DNA of 64,000 bases from Candidatus Omnitrophota bacterium (GTDB lineage: Bacteria; Omnitrophota; Gorgyraeia; JABMRN01; RBG-13-46-9), in NCBI GenBank assembly GCA_013203315.1, contig JABMQJ010000020.1:82289-146288 (forward strand). The letters run 5' to 3'. The position numbers and the translations under genes are program-made. This document shows positions 28,150 to 42,914 of the stretch, one piece after another. Below the pieces are notes generated by a model. It made no database searches. It had not been told where the DNA came from and saw only the letters and a list, made by a program, of their open reading frames with translations. The first letter of the stretch is position 1, and each line of letters opens with the position of its first letter.

Positions 28150-28716
28150 TTATTCTGTTTTGCTTTCTTTTTTGATTATAGAGACCACTTTGAGAATAGC
28201 GTTTTCCAGCTTGTCGTTAGTAACTGCGTAGTTATATTTAGGCATAAATTTAAGTTCCGCTTTTGCTATTTTAAGACGCCTTGCGATTTCGCGGGGCTTA
28301 TCCGTATTTCTGGAGGTAAGCCGCCGAGAAAGTTCTTTAAAAGAAGGTGGTCTTATAAAAATAAGGGTGCTCTCGGGAAATTTCTTTTTGACCTGCATGG
28401 CGCCTTTTACGTCGATACTCAAAAGTAGATTTTTGCCTTTTTTTAATTCAGCTATAGCAAAGCGTTTCGGTGTACCATAAAAGTATCCGAAATTTTCTTC
28501 CCATTCAAGAAGCGATCCTTTTTTTATTTTTTCTTTAAAAGAACGCCGGGACACATAATAGTAATCCCTTTTATTTTTCTCACCCTTGCGCGGACGCCTG
28601 GTGGTCACGGAAACGGAAGGTGTCAGGCTTTTTACTTTTTTTAATACCTTTTTGCAGATGGTGGTTTTTCCGCTACCTGAAGGGGCTGAAATGACGAATA
28701 TCCGGCCGTTTTTCAT
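28150..28716 (-). CDS. gmk: Guanylate kinase
   Basis: SAPSGSGKTT, SVTTRRPR.GE...DY, YGTP, IDVKGA. Confidence 0.96.
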   Translation of the reverse strand: MKNGRIFVISAPSGSGKTTICKKVLKKVKSLTPSVSVTTRRPRKGEKNKRDYYYVSRRSFKEKIKKGSLLEWEENFGYFYGTPKRFAIAELKKGKNLLLSIDVKGAMQVKKKFPESTLIFIRPPSFKELSRRLTSRNTDKPREIARRLKIAKAELKFMPKYNYAVTNDKLENAILKVVSIIKKESKTE

Positions 28717-29591
28717 TCGATATTCTTGAGCTGCTCTCTTATTTTTTCTATTTCCGTTTTTATTTCAATTGCGCCTTTGGAAATATTAAAGCCGCTCGAC
28801 TTTGATCCTATAGTATTTATTTCTCTATGAAGTTCTTGAGCGATAAAATCCAGTTTTTTTCCGACTTCGCCCGGTTTTCTTATGGTTTTTGTAAAGTTGT
28901 GTAGGTGATTATCAAGCCTTGTTAACTCTTCGGTTATGTCGCTATTTTTTGCAAAAAGCGCCACCTCCACTTCAAGCCTGCCTTTGTCAATAACATACCC
29001 CCCGGAAAGCTCTTTTATCCTGTCCTTTAATCTTTTTTTGTAATTTCGTACATTATGGGTAGCGTTTCTTTTGATGTCTAAAATAATTTTCTTTATTTTT
29101 TTTACCCTGCTGGTTAAATCCGCAAAAAGAAAACTGCCTTCTCTTTCTCTGTCCTCGACCAGCTTCCCAAGCGCTTCCCATGTAACTTCCTTTACCAAAG
29201 GCCAGAGTTTTGTTACATTTTTTTCCGTCAATTTACTGTTTATCACCCCGGGAAACGAGATAATGTCGGCTAGTTTCGGCTCGCCTTCAACATCTAGTCT
29301 TTTTTTAAGGCCCCTTAATTTATTGCAGTAGGTTCTTGCCAGTTTCTCGTCTATAAGAATATCTGTATTTACTTCGTGCGGGGCATCGTGAACAAGGTTT
29401 AAATAAATTTTTCCTCTCCTGATTTTATTTTTAACGAGGGCCTTTACCCTGTCTTCAAAGACTCCCAGGCTATTGGGCAGTTTGGGGGTTATTTCCAAAA
29501 ATTTATGATTTAGCGTTCTCAGTTCGACTGCGAAGGCGTGTCCCTTTGTCTTGATCGCCGCTTTGCCGAAACCCGTCATTGATTTTATCAT
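28713..29591 (-). CDS. yicC: YicC/YloC-family endoribonuclease
   Basis: MIKSMTGFG, DITEELTRL, GKKLDFIAQELHREINTIGSK, EKIREQ. Start moved to ATG 29591. Confidence 0.93.
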   Translation of the reverse strand: MIKSMTGFGKAAIKTKGHAFAVELRTLNHKFLEITPKLPNSLGVFEDRVKALVKNKIRRGKIYLNLVHDAPHEVNTDILIDEKLARTYCNKLRGLKKRLDVEGEPKLADIISFPGVINSKLTEKNVTKLWPLVKEVTWEALGKLVEDREREGSFLFADLTSRVKKIKKIILDIKRNATHNVRNYKKRLKDRIKELSGGYVIDKGRLEVEVALFAKNSDITEELTRLDNHLHNFTKTIRKPGEVGKKLDFIAQELHREINTIGSKSSGFNISKGAIEIKTEIEKIREQLKNIE

Positions 29592-30085
29592 GCCCAGACC
29601 CACACTTCTTTGTCCGTCTTTGCCGTCTTCGTGGAATAGATATCCATTATTACTTCGTCGGGCTGGAACCAAAGCTTTATCTCCCGCTCCGCTTCTTTTC
29701 CGTTAGTAGAAGCGTGTATTACGTTTTCATAAACGCCTTTTGTCGTGATCCTGCCGTACTGGCCCCTTATGGAAACTGTGTCTGCCTCTTCGGGGTTGGT
29801 AGAACCGCAAATCTGGCGAACCTTTTTAATGGCATCCTCACCCCAATAAACAAGCGCCATGACCTTTTTCTTGTGGTAGTGGCCCATAATATACTTGATC
29901 AGCTCGTTAAAAAATGGCTTATCCTTCATCTCTTTGTAGTGCTCTTCGGCTAATTTCTTAGAAACACGCGCTATTTTAGCGGCAACTATGTCGAGCTTTG
30001 TCTCTGAAAGCCGCGTAAGAACGTTGCCGGTAAGCGATTTTTTAAGGCCGTCCGGTTTTATTAGAATTAGAGTTTGGTTTATCAT
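29588..30085 (-). CDS. ndk: Nucleoside-diphosphate kinase
   Basis: TLILIKPDG, EEHY, GSTNP, SIRG, NVIHAS, AEREI..WF. Confidence 0.94.
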   Translation of the reverse strand: MINQTLILIKPDGLKKSLTGNVLTRLSETKLDIVAAKIARVSKKLAEEHYKEMKDKPFFNELIKYIMGHYHKKKVMALVYWGEDAIKKVRQICGSTNPEEADTVSIRGQYGRITTKGVYENVIHASTNGKEAEREIKLWFQPDEVIMDIYSTKTAKTDKEVWVWA

Positions 30086-30121
30086 ATTATATTAATATAT
30101 GGGCTAATATATAGGCTCTTT

Positions 30122-32127
<2,006 letters not shown>

Positions 32128-32139
32128 GTTATGCCCCCA

Positions 32140-32805
32140 TTAAATTATTACTATGAATTCTCCGCGCGGTTTTGTGTCGGAGAAATGCCGAAGCAGCACG
32201 CTCGCTTTGGCTCTTTTTGTTTCTTCGAACTTTTTTGTAAGCTCCCTCGCAAGGGCTATTTCCCTATCGTCCATTACATCCGCTATGTCGCCTAAAAGCT
32301 TTGTGATCCTGTGGCACGATTCGTATATGATGATTGTTCTTTTTTCATCCTTTAGTTTTTCGAGCTGTTTTCTTCTTTTTGCAGATTTGTTTGAGAGAAA
32401 CCCTTCGAATATGAATTTATTAGTCGGCTTACCTGAAATTACTAGCGCCATAATAAGCGCTGCCGGGCCTGGAATCGCCGTAATGGTAATATTTTTTTCG
32501 ATCGCACTCTTTATTAACACGGCACCCGGATCGGAAATGCCGGGCGTGCCCGCGTCCGACACAAGCGCTATTTTCTTGCCTTCTTCCAGAAGCGCTATAA
32601 TTTTATCCTTTTTCTGCAATTTATTAAATGAGTAATAGCTGATGAGCGGCTTGTGGATATCATATCTATCCAAAAGAATTTTTGTGTGCCGCGTGTCTTC
32701 GGCTGCGATGGAATCAACTTCTTTTAGTATGCGCAGGGCGCGAAGAGTTATGTCTTCGAGATTACCTATAGGGGTGCTTACTATATACAGCGTGCCTTGT
32801 TTCAT
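32140..32805 (-). CDS. rsmI: 16S rRNA C1402 2'-O-methyltransferase
   Basis: TPIGNLEDIT.RA, AEDTR, VSDAGTPGISDPG, ARELTKKFE. Confidence 0.95.
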   Translation of the reverse strand: MKQGTLYIVSTPIGNLEDITLRALRILKEVDSIAAEDTRHTKILLDRYDIHKPLISYYSFNKLQKKDKIIALLEEGKKIALVSDAGTPGISDPGAVLIKSAIEKNITITAIPGPAALIMALVISGKPTNKFIFEGFLSNKSAKRRKQLEKLKDEKRTIIIYESCHRITKLLGDIADVMDDREIALARELTKKFEETKRAKASVLLRHFSDTKPRGEFIVII

Positions 32806-34661
32806 TCGACCGTAACGGACTTCGCGAGATTACGCGGTTGGTCTATATCATAGCCGAATTCCCGCGCAACATAATAAGCCAGAAGTTGTAGTGGAATGGC
32901 CACAAGTATCGGAGAGAAAAGCTCGCTAATCTCCGGGACCTTTACGACATAGTTTACGTTCTGGCTGGCGATTTCTTTATCGCCTTTGGTCGCGATAGCG
33001 ATGATTATCCCGCCGCGCGCTTTAATTTCCTGAATGTTGCTTAGCATTTTTTCGTAAATCTTCGCCTTGGTGGCAATGCACACAACCCAGGGGTTTTCGT
33101 CAATAAGGGCGATAGGCCCATGCTTCATCTCGCCGGCCGGATAGCCTTCAGCCGTTATGTAGGATATTTCTTTAAGCTTTAAGGCCCCTTCTAATGCGTT
33201 TGGATAATTTATGTTCCTGGCAAGATAAAGAAACGTGCTCTTATTGTGTTTTTCCAGATAATACTTTCTGAAGTTTTTCGCGTATTCCGCAATTTTATTT
33301 TTATTGCTTTTAAAATCATTGAGGGTGAGTTTTAGAAGTCTTGGGATTTTTTTAAATTCTTTTAGTAATTTCTTTTTCGTCTTACCTGATATAACGCCTC
33401 TTATTCGCCCGATATAAATTGTCAAAAGATAAAGTATTGCCAGTTGCGCCGTATAGGCTTTCGTGGATGCCACCGCGATTTCGGGGCCGGCGTGGGTGTA
33501 TATTACGCCGTCTGCTTCTCTCGCTATAGAGCTGCCGAGCACATTGCATACAGCAAGGGTTTTGGCCTTTCGTTTTTTTGCCTCGCGAAGAGCGTGAAGC
33601 GTATCCGCCGTTTCGCCCGATTGGGATATCAGGATGACGAGGGTATTTTTCCCGACGATGGGCTTTCTGTATCTGAATTCGCTCGAGGTATCCACCCAGA
33701 CAGGAATTTCTGCCAAGTCCTCCAGCATGTATTTGCCCGTTAAGGCTGCATGATAGGCGGTGCCGCACGCGACAATAGCCATATTTTTAATACCTTTGAA
33801 TACCTTTTCTTTTATCGCGAGTTCTTCGAAATGTATTTTGTTATTTTTTAGCCGCTCTTTTAGGATATCACCTACAACATTGGATTGTTCAAATATCTCT
33901 TTTAGCATAAAATGTTTAAAGCCTGATTTTTCTGCCTGGCTTATATTCCACTTTATGCGGGTGGGTTTTCTTGAAAGAGTTTTGCCGTTTATGTTGATTA
34001 TTTTTATCGTATTTTTTGAGATTTCCGCGATTTCATAATTATTTAGAAATATAACATTTTTTGTGTAATCTAAAATGGCAGGTGCGTCGCTTGCGAAGAA
34101 ATTTTCATTCTTGCCGGCACCGATAATAAGCGGGCTATCGCATCTTGCGCCTACCATTCTCTTGCGGTCTGAGGCGTGCAAACAGCAAATGGCATACGAG
34201 CCTTTTAGGAGTTTTACTGCCTGGCGAACGGCTTCCAGCAAGTACCCTTTATAATATTTTTCGATTAAATGGGGGATGACTTCCGTATCGGTGTCAGAGA
34301 CAAACTTATGCCCTTCTTTTATGAGCATAGTTTTTAGCGCCTGATAATTTTCTATGATGCCGTTATGAACAACGGCTATTTTGCCCGTGCAATCCAGGTG
34401 GGGATGTGCATTTACTTCGTTTGGTACACCGTGGGTAGCCCATCTGACATGGCCGGCACCTATATTTCCTTCCAGGGGGAAGCGTTTCAATTCGTCCGTA
34501 AGAACATGGAGTTTACCGGCTTTTTTGCTGAAATTAATCGAACCATCCTGTAAAACCGCTATACCGGCAGAGTCATATCCTCTATACTCGAGGCGCCTAA
34601 GGCTGTTTATCAGAACTTTTGCGGCGACTTTTTTACCTGCGTATCCTATTATACCGCACAT
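32802..34661 (-). CDS. glmS: Glutamine--fructose-6-phosphate transaminase
   Basis: MCGIIG start (34661), LEYRGYDSAG, RWATHG, SQSGETADT, QPRNLAKSVTVE. Confidence 0.97.
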   Translation of the reverse strand: MCGIIGYAGKKVAAKVLINSLRRLEYRGYDSAGIAVLQDGSINFSKKAGKLHVLTDELKRFPLEGNIGAGHVRWATHGVPNEVNAHPHLDCTGKIAVVHNGIIENYQALKTMLIKEGHKFVSDTDTEVIPHLIEKYYKGYLLEAVRQAVKLLKGSYAICCLHASDRKRMVGARCDSPLIIGAGKNENFFASDAPAILDYTKNVIFLNNYEIAEISKNTIKIININGKTLSRKPTRIKWNISQAEKSGFKHFMLKEIFEQSNVVGDILKERLKNNKIHFEELAIKEKVFKGIKNMAIVACGTAYHAALTGKYMLEDLAEIPVWVDTSSEFRYRKPIVGKNTLVILISQSGETADTLHALREAKKRKAKTLAVCNVLGSSIAREADGVIYTHAGPEIAVASTKAYTAQLAILYLLTIYIGRIRGVISGKTKKKLLKEFKKIPRLLKLTLNDFKSNKNKIAEYAKNFRKYYLEKHNKSTFLYLARNINYPNALEGALKLKEISYITAEGYPAGEMKHGPIALIDENPWVVCIATKAKIYEKMLSNIQEIKARGGIIIAIATKGDKEIASQNVNYVVKVPEISELFSPILVAIPLQLLAYYVAREFGYDIDQPRNLAKSVTVE

Positions 34662-34671
34662 ACTTGTCTCC

Positions 34672-35097
34672 CTACAGTTGAACAAACCAGATGCCAAGCA
34701 CTATAAAAACTGTTCCCGCCAAACGCAATGGCGTAACATGTTCGCCTAAAATGAGAACGCTCAGTATGGCCGTAACCAAGGGATAAGTAGCGGCTATCGG
34801 GACGATTTGTGAAGTAGCCCCCCATTTAAGAGCTGCAAAATAAGCAATCATGCCAAAAAGTCCTGCCATAATTCCCGTTACGGAAAAAATTGCGATTGTT
34901 TTTACGTCGGCCTGAAAAACCTGCCTTATCTTCCCGGTAAGAAGTAAGTATATAACAAGGGCGAGCGTAACAGCTATGCTTCTAATCGTAACAGCTGTTA
35001 GCGGGTCTACTTTCCCGAGGCCTATTTTTTCTAAAACAGGCGTTGTCCCCCACAAAAAAGCCGTAAGAATAAGGAGTAAGATAATTTCGATTTTCAT
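34672..35097 (-). CDS. Single-domain EamA/DMT-family transporter
   Basis: 141 aa, five hydrophobic helices, LWG...K.G and VPI...YPL...ILGE patterns. Confidence 0.85.
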   Translation of the reverse strand: MKIEIILLLILTAFLWGTTPVLEKIGLGKVDPLTAVTIRSIAVTLALVIYLLLTGKIRQVFQADVKTIAIFSVTGIMAGLFGMIAYFAALKWGATSQIVPIAATYPLVTAILSVLILGEHVTPLRLAGTVFIVLGIWFVQL

Positions 35098-36311
35098 TCT
35101 AGGCCCAAGACCTTTTTGTATATTTGAATATTGTTTGAGGCCATTATTTCTTTCGTAAATCTGAGTTCGGCAAACTTCCTGCCGGTTGCGCCTATTCTCT
35201 CCATCACGCTTGCGTTATCTAAAAGCATTATGGCTTTACTGGCTAAGGCTTCATAGTCTTTTATCGGAACGATATAACCGTTTATGCCGTCCTGTATGAT
35301 CTCGGGCATGCCGCCTGAATTGGTAACTATCATGGGTTTTCCGGAAGCAAGCGCCTCCAGCATTGTCAGGCCGAACGGCTCTCCTACCGTCGACGGATAA
35401 AAACAAAGTTCTGCGATAGCGTACAGCTTAACCATTTCATCCAGCGAAAACATTTCGATATATAATTTATTTTTTATGCCGAGATTATCTATCAAGTCTA
35501 CTATATAGGCAATGTCTTTTTGTTGGGTTGATCCCCAATCTACGATGTTTTTTGTCCCGGCTAAAACTAAAAGTGCATCCGGGAATTTCTCTGCGATCAA
35601 CCGCATTGCCTTTACGCTTACATCGCAGCCTTTGGCGATACCCATTCGCGCCGGGTGGAATATTACCCTTTTGTTTTTTAGGGGGGCGAGCCGTCCTTTA
35701 TATTCTTTTTTGTTTGACGGTTTAAATCTTGTAACATCGATGCCGTGGTGAATTGTTGTCACCCGACTCGACTCGCAACCTATTCCCATGAGCTCTTTTT
35801 TAATGTAAAAACTTACCGCTATTATATGATCCCAGGCGATATCCCTTGTAAGTTTTAAAAAAAGCATGTCATCCCAGGAATTGTGCGCCGTAAGAACCAA
35901 GGGAATGCCGCGCTTTTTCTTGATCTCTTCTTCCAGGATTTTGGCATGTATTCGGCTAAAGTAATTCATGTTGTGTACATGTACAACGTTGGGTTTTGTT
36001 TTATTTAAAAAAGAGGAGATTACCTCTCTTACTTCATCTTCGATACCGACTAGGCCCCTTTTGTTCAGCCAGTTCAGGTTCATAATTGGCGCGCGCATTA
36101 TTTTTACGCCCTTGTAGGTGTCGTTGGCTTTTTTACCCTCCGCAGAACCGGTGAGCAGACTCACTTCGTGGCCACTCTTCACGAGCTCCGGGAGAAGCAT
36201 TACAAGATGCGTTTCCACGCCGCCTATTATAGGTGGAAATGCCCAATGCATATGCGCGATTTTAAGTTTTTTGTTAGCTTTTCTACTTTTCTTCATTTTT
36301 TTTGTTACCAT
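35094..36311 (-). CDS. Glycosyltransferase family 4 (GT-B, retaining)
   Basis: PPIIGGVETH, EPFGLTMLEALASGKP, GGMPEII..G.NG. Start moved to ATG 36311 because the longer ORF overlaps the tRNA. Confidence 0.9.
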   Translation of the reverse strand: MVTKKMKKSRKANKKLKIAHMHWAFPPIIGGVETHLVMLLPELVKSGHEVSLLTGSAEGKKANDTYKGVKIMRAPIMNLNWLNKRGLVGIEDEVREVISSFLNKTKPNVVHVHNMNYFSRIHAKILEEEIKKKRGIPLVLTAHNSWDDMLFLKLTRDIAWDHIIAVSFYIKKELMGIGCESSRVTTIHHGIDVTRFKPSNKKEYKGRLAPLKNKRVIFHPARMGIAKGCDVSVKAMRLIAEKFPDALLVLAGTKNIVDWGSTQQKDIAYIVDLIDNLGIKNKLYIEMFSLDEMVKLYAIAELCFYPSTVGEPFGLTMLEALASGKPMIVTNSGGMPEIIQDGINGYIVPIKDYEALASKAIMLLDNASVMERIGATGRKFAELRFTKEIMASNNIQIYKKVLGLE

Positions 36312-36337
36312 ATTTGATCTCCACTTCTTATCAAGAG

Positions 36338-36409
36338 CGACCCCAACGGGGGTCGAACCCGTGTTGCCAGATCGAAAATCTGGAGTCCTAACCACTGGAC
36401 GATGGGGTC
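36338..36409 (-). tRNA. tRNA-Glu(TTC)
   Basis: GACCCCA/TGGGGTC acceptor, anticodon arm CCAGA-TT TTC GA-TCTGG, CCA not encoded. Confidence 0.94.
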
Positions 36410-36417
36410 AAATTTTC

Positions 36418-38850
36418 TTAGTCTTCTTCTTTAATTACTCGCGCGACAGAGGCAGCTTTATCGTCTTTTCCTACCCTAATGATGCGCACGCCTTGCGCGC
36501 CACGGCCGGTAGCGCGTATATCTTTTACGGCGCAGCGTTCGATCATGCCCTTGGCGGTTATAATCATTATGTCGTCACCGTCCGAAACCATCTTAAGGCC
36601 GATAACAGGGCCGTTTTTCTCTGTTACCTTTATATTGATGATGCCTTTGCCGCCCCTTGACTGGACGCGGTAGGCTTGCGCTTCTGTTCTTTTACTGAAC
36701 CCGTTTTCCGTAACGCTCAAAAGTGTTGCTTTTTTATCCGCGATAACCTGCACGCCGACAACTATGTCTTTTTTGCCTAATTTTATGGCCCGCACCCCGG
36801 CAGCAGCCCTTCCCATGTCGCGTATGTCTGATTCGTTAAATCTTATAGCTTTTCCCTCTCTTGTCACTATAAATACCTCGTCTTTGCCCGAGGTAAGCTG
36901 CGCGGATATTAGCCTATCGTCCCCGGAAAGAGAGATGGATATTATACCACTTTTCCTTATATTTGCAAACGCGGAAAGGGCGGTTTTTTTCATCTTGCCC
37001 ATGCGCGTTGTCATCATTAAAAATTTTCCTTCCTCGAACTTTTTAACCGGGATGCTAGAGGTAATACCCTCGCCGCCTGAGAGAGACAACATGTTTACTA
37101 TGGCCCTCCCCTTTGCTGTACGGCCGGCCTGTGGGATGTCGTAAACTTTTACCACATAGGCCTTACCTTTGTCCGTAAAGAAAAGGAGGTTATCGTGTGT
37201 TGAGGCGACAAACAGATCCTCGACAAAATCTTCGTCTTTCACCCCGGCGCCGGAAACGCCTTTTCCGCCGCGGCGTTGTTTTTTGTAAGCGCTTACGGGA
37301 AGTCTTTTTATGTACCCTGCGTGGCTTATGGTTATTACAACGTCTTCTTCCTGGATAAGGTCTTCCATTTCGACTTCTTCGACCGCTCCTATAAGCTCTG
37401 TTCTTCTTTCGTCTCCGAACTTTTTGTTGAGCTCAGTTAATTCTTCTTTTATTATACCCTGCACTTTTTTCTCGCTGGCCAGGATAGCGTTAAGTAGTTC
37501 GATTTTCTTGAGCAGCTCCTTATATTCCTTGTCTATTTTTTCCCGTTCCAGATTTGTAAGCCGCTGCAATTGCATTTCGAGAATGGCCTGAGCTTGTCTT
37601 TCGCTTAATTTGAACTTTTTTATAAGTTCTTTTTTAGCGTCTGCCGGGTCTTTTGATTTTTTTATAATTCTAATTATTCTGTCTAGGTTTTTGAGCGCTA
37701 TTTTCAGCCCTTCCAGTATGTGCGCCCTTGCTTCGGCTTTTTCTTTGTCAAAAATCGTTCTTTTTACTATTATTTCTTTCCGGTGCTCGACATAATACGA
37801 GAGCATCTCTTTTAGGTTCAGCACCCTCGGGCGGTTGTTGACAAGGGCGAGCATTATAACGCCGTATGTGGTCTTCATTTGCGTGCGCTTGTAAAGCTGG
37901 TTTAAGGTTACCTGGGCATTCTGCCCGCGCCTTAATTCGACAACAACCCTCATGCCGTCTTTATCTGATTCATCTCTTAAGTCGGTGATCCCTTCGACTT
38001 TCTTATCCTGAACAAGGTTGGCTATGGAAGAAATGAGATTGTTTTTATTAACCTGGTAAGGAATCTCGGTAATAACTATACTTTCCTTGCCGCCCTTATG
38101 GCTTTCGACGGAGGCCTTGGCGTGAACAAGGAGCCTGCCCCTTCCTGTTTCATAGGCTTTCTTTATGCCGTCTTTACCGCATATCATGCCGCCTGTAGGA
38201 AAATCCGGGCCTTTTATTTTTTTCATTAAATCCTTGATCTCACAGCCAGGGTGGTCAATTAAATGTATTATGCCTTCGACAACTTCGGTTAAATTGTGCG
38301 AGGGTATGTTTGTTGCCATGCCAACGGCGATACCACTTGACCCGTTTAGCATCAGATTGGGCGCTGCAGATGGTAAAACGCTGGGTTCTTTAAGGGAGTT
38401 GTCAAAGTTGGGAACGAATTTAACTGTGTTCTTTTCTATGTCCTGCAGGAGCCAAGCTGTAATACGCTGTAGGCGCGCTTCCGTGTATCGCATCGCTGCC
38501 GGGGAGTCGCCGTCGATTGACCCGAAGTTACCTTGGCCGTCAACCAGCGGGTACCGCAAGGAGAAGTCCTGCACCATTCTCACCAGGGCGTCATAAACCG
38601 CCATGTCTCCGTGCGGATGGAATTTTCCCAAAACTTCGCCGGTGATCCTGGCGCTTTTCTTATACGTCTTGCTGTGTTCGAGATTCAGCTCTTTCATGGC
38701 GAAAAGAATTCTTCTGTGAACAGGTTTCAAGCCGTCCCTTACGTCCGGAAGGGCCCTTCCCACAATTACGCTCATGGCATAATTGATGTAGGAATCTTTC
38801 ATTTCATCTTCTATGTGGATCGGAACTATTTTCTCGTTTCTGGTATACAT
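36418..38850 (-). CDS. gyrA: DNA gyrase subunit A
   Basis: [28 protein letters not shown], GyrA-box QRRGGKG. Confidence 0.98.
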   Translation of the reverse strand: MYTRNEKIVPIHIEDEMKDSYINYAMSVIVGRALPDVRDGLKPVHRRILFAMKELNLEHSKTYKKSARITGEVLGKFHPHGDMAVYDALVRMVQDFSLRYPLVDGQGNFGSIDGDSPAAMRYTEARLQRITAWLLQDIEKNTVKFVPNFDNSLKEPSVLPSAAPNLMLNGSSGIAVGMATNIPSHNLTEVVEGIIHLIDHPGCEIKDLMKKIKGPDFPTGGMICGKDGIKKAYETGRGRLLVHAKASVESHKGGKESIVITEIPYQVNKNNLISSIANLVQDKKVEGITDLRDESDKDGMRVVVELRRGQNAQVTLNQLYKRTQMKTTYGVIMLALVNNRPRVLNLKEMLSYYVEHRKEIIVKRTIFDKEKAEARAHILEGLKIALKNLDRIIRIIKKSKDPADAKKELIKKFKLSERQAQAILEMQLQRLTNLEREKIDKEYKELLKKIELLNAILASEKKVQGIIKEELTELNKKFGDERRTELIGAVEEVEMEDLIQEEDVVITISHAGYIKRLPVSAYKKQRRGGKGVSGAGVKDEDFVEDLFVASTHDNLLFFTDKGKAYVVKVYDIPQAGRTAKGRAIVNMLSLSGGEGITSSIPVKKFEEGKFLMMTTRMGKMKKTALSAFANIRKSGIISISLSGDDRLISAQLTSGKDEVFIVTREGKAIRFNESDIRDMGRAAAGVRAIKLGKKDIVVGVQVIADKKATLLSVTENGFSKRTEAQAYRVQSRGGKGIINIKVTEKNGPVIGLKMVSDGDDIMIITAKGMIERCAVKDIRATGRGAQGVRIIRVGKDDKAASVARVIKEED

Positions 38851-38860
38851 ATTACTCCTT

Positions 38861-41335
<2,475 letters not shown>

Positions 41336-41638
41336 TTATTCTTTTATATCCCCTATCCTGAACTGCAATTGTTTTATTTTATTACGATTTTTTAAATTCT
41401 TATTAAATTCTTGTATAAGTTTGGTTTTTTCCGTAGTAAGCTTGTAAAGCCAGGATGAATTACTTACATTTACGACAAGTTTTTTTGATTTAAGGAAAGC
41501 TGGTTTTGTTTGTTTAGCACCTTTTTTTCCAACTGTTTTTCCCCATGTTTTTAAAATATCGGTTTCTTCTTTTTCTTTTTCTCCCAGGTTAGAGAGAAGT
41601 TCTTTAATTATGCTTTTTAACGGCGTTCCTTCGCTCAT
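41336..41638 (-). CDS. dciA: DciA / DUF721 helicase-operating protein
   Basis: W..TVG...A..T.P......LVV.V..SSW...L pattern; position between dnaN and gyrB. Confidence 0.82.
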   Translation of the reverse strand: MSEGTPLKSIIKELLSNLGEKEKEETDILKTWGKTVGKKGAKQTKPAFLKSKKLVVNVSNSSWLYKLTTEKTKLIQEFNKNLKNRNKIKQLQFRIGDIKE

Positions 41639-42732
41639 GTAACTTGCATCGGCAAGACTACGTATACATATTCGTTGCCCAGCCTTATTACACCCGGTTT
41701 GTCGGTATCACCCAATTCAAGCCCTATTTGTTTTTCGTCTATATTTTTTAGCGCTTCGATAATATAGTTAGGATTAAACCCCACAGACACGTTTTTACCT
41801 TTATAAAGCACACCCAACTCTTCTCTCACCTCTCCCGTGTACTGGGTATTTTTTGAAACAGCCATTCTGTCTTTTGATATATCGAGTTTAATCGCCATAG
41901 AATCCGGGTTTGTGAGAATTGAGGCTCTTTTTGCGGCTGCCAGTAAAGCATTTTTATCTATTATAATTTTTTCTTTAACCTCTTTCGGTATAACCTGTTC
42001 ATAATTAGGGAAGTCACCTTCTATAAGCCTGGAAATAACGAAAGTGTCTTTTAAATCAAATAAAATTTGGTTTTCGCCGAATGATATCGTAACATCGCCC
42101 TCTTCTTGTAGTAACCTACTTAGCTCCTGAATGGTTTTTGTAGGTACAATGATTTTTTTATCTATAATGGTTTCGTTTGGAAGGGTTTTTTCAATAACTG
42201 CAAGCCTGCGTCCATCTGTGGCCACGAGTTTAATGGTTTTTTTCTTTGTAATAAGGAGCACACCGTTTAAAACATATCTTGTCTCGTCTTTGCTTACCGC
42301 GAAAGATGTCATAGATATCATGTTTTTTAGAAAGTTTTGTGGAAGGGTTATGGTATCTTTGTTTTTGAAATTAGGTGGGGGTGGGAATTCGTCTTTTGGT
42401 AATCCTACGATTTTAAAAATTATTTTTTCGCACTCAATTATAACAGTATTATTCTTTTTTGTTGTGATAGATATATCACCGGTGTCCGGGAGTTCTTTTA
42501 TAATATCAAGAAATTTCTTAGCCGGTAGTGTAATGGCACCCTCTATTTCCGGTTTTACTGGTATTATTGAAGATATACCTATGTCTAGGTCCGTAGCGGT
42601 TATTTTTATAGAATTTTTGCTTGCTTCCAGTAATATATTAGCTAATATAGGTAGAGTGGTTTTGGAGGATATCGCGTTTTGTACTTTTTGAATTATTTTA
42701 AAAATATCTCCCTTACTGGCTTTAAATTTCAT
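41635..42732 (-). CDS. dnaN: DNA polymerase III beta clamp
   Basis: LPILAN, ATDLD, ETRYVLNG, VATDGRRL, SRLIEGDFPNY, VVLPM. Confidence 0.97.
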   Translation of the reverse strand: MKFKASKGDIFKIIQKVQNAISSKTTLPILANILLEASKNSIKITATDLDIGISSIIPVKPEIEGAITLPAKKFLDIIKELPDTGDISITTKKNNTVIIECEKIIFKIVGLPKDEFPPPPNFKNKDTITLPQNFLKNMISMTSFAVSKDETRYVLNGVLLITKKKTIKLVATDGRRLAVIEKTLPNETIIDKKIIVPTKTIQELSRLLQEEGDVTISFGENQILFDLKDTFVISRLIEGDFPNYEQVIPKEVKEKIIIDKNALLAAAKRASILTNPDSMAIKLDISKDRMAVSKNTQYTGEVREELGVLYKGKNVSVGFNPNYIIEALKNIDEKQIGLELGDTDKPGVIRLGNEYVYVVLPMQVT

Positions 42733-42914
42733 ATTACACTATCCCTCCTTTTTACTACTCTCTACTATTATATTTAATATAAAAGATAGTCGTACTCATA
42801 GTAGGGGTTGTGGATTGTTGATGGTTGTTGTAACATGCTCACATAAAACAACTTACAACCAAAAAACAGTACACAAGTTATCCACATATCCACAATCCAT
42901 ATATAATACAAAAA
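42733..42914. promoter_or_regulatory. oriC, unwinding sub-region (dnaA-dnaN intergenic)
   Basis: TTATCCACA 42878-86, ATATCCACA 42886-94, opposite-orientation boxes 42809-17 and 42816-24, CCCC spacer, DnaA-trios 42786-42803, AT-rich tract about 42766-85. Confidence 0.88.

Noticed and set aside
34662-34700. glmS ribozyme
   Set aside because: Only 10 nt separate the EamA gene from the glmS ATG.
36211-36220. GTTTCCACG half-site resembling the parS variant
   Set aside because: No palindromic second half; lies in coding sequence.
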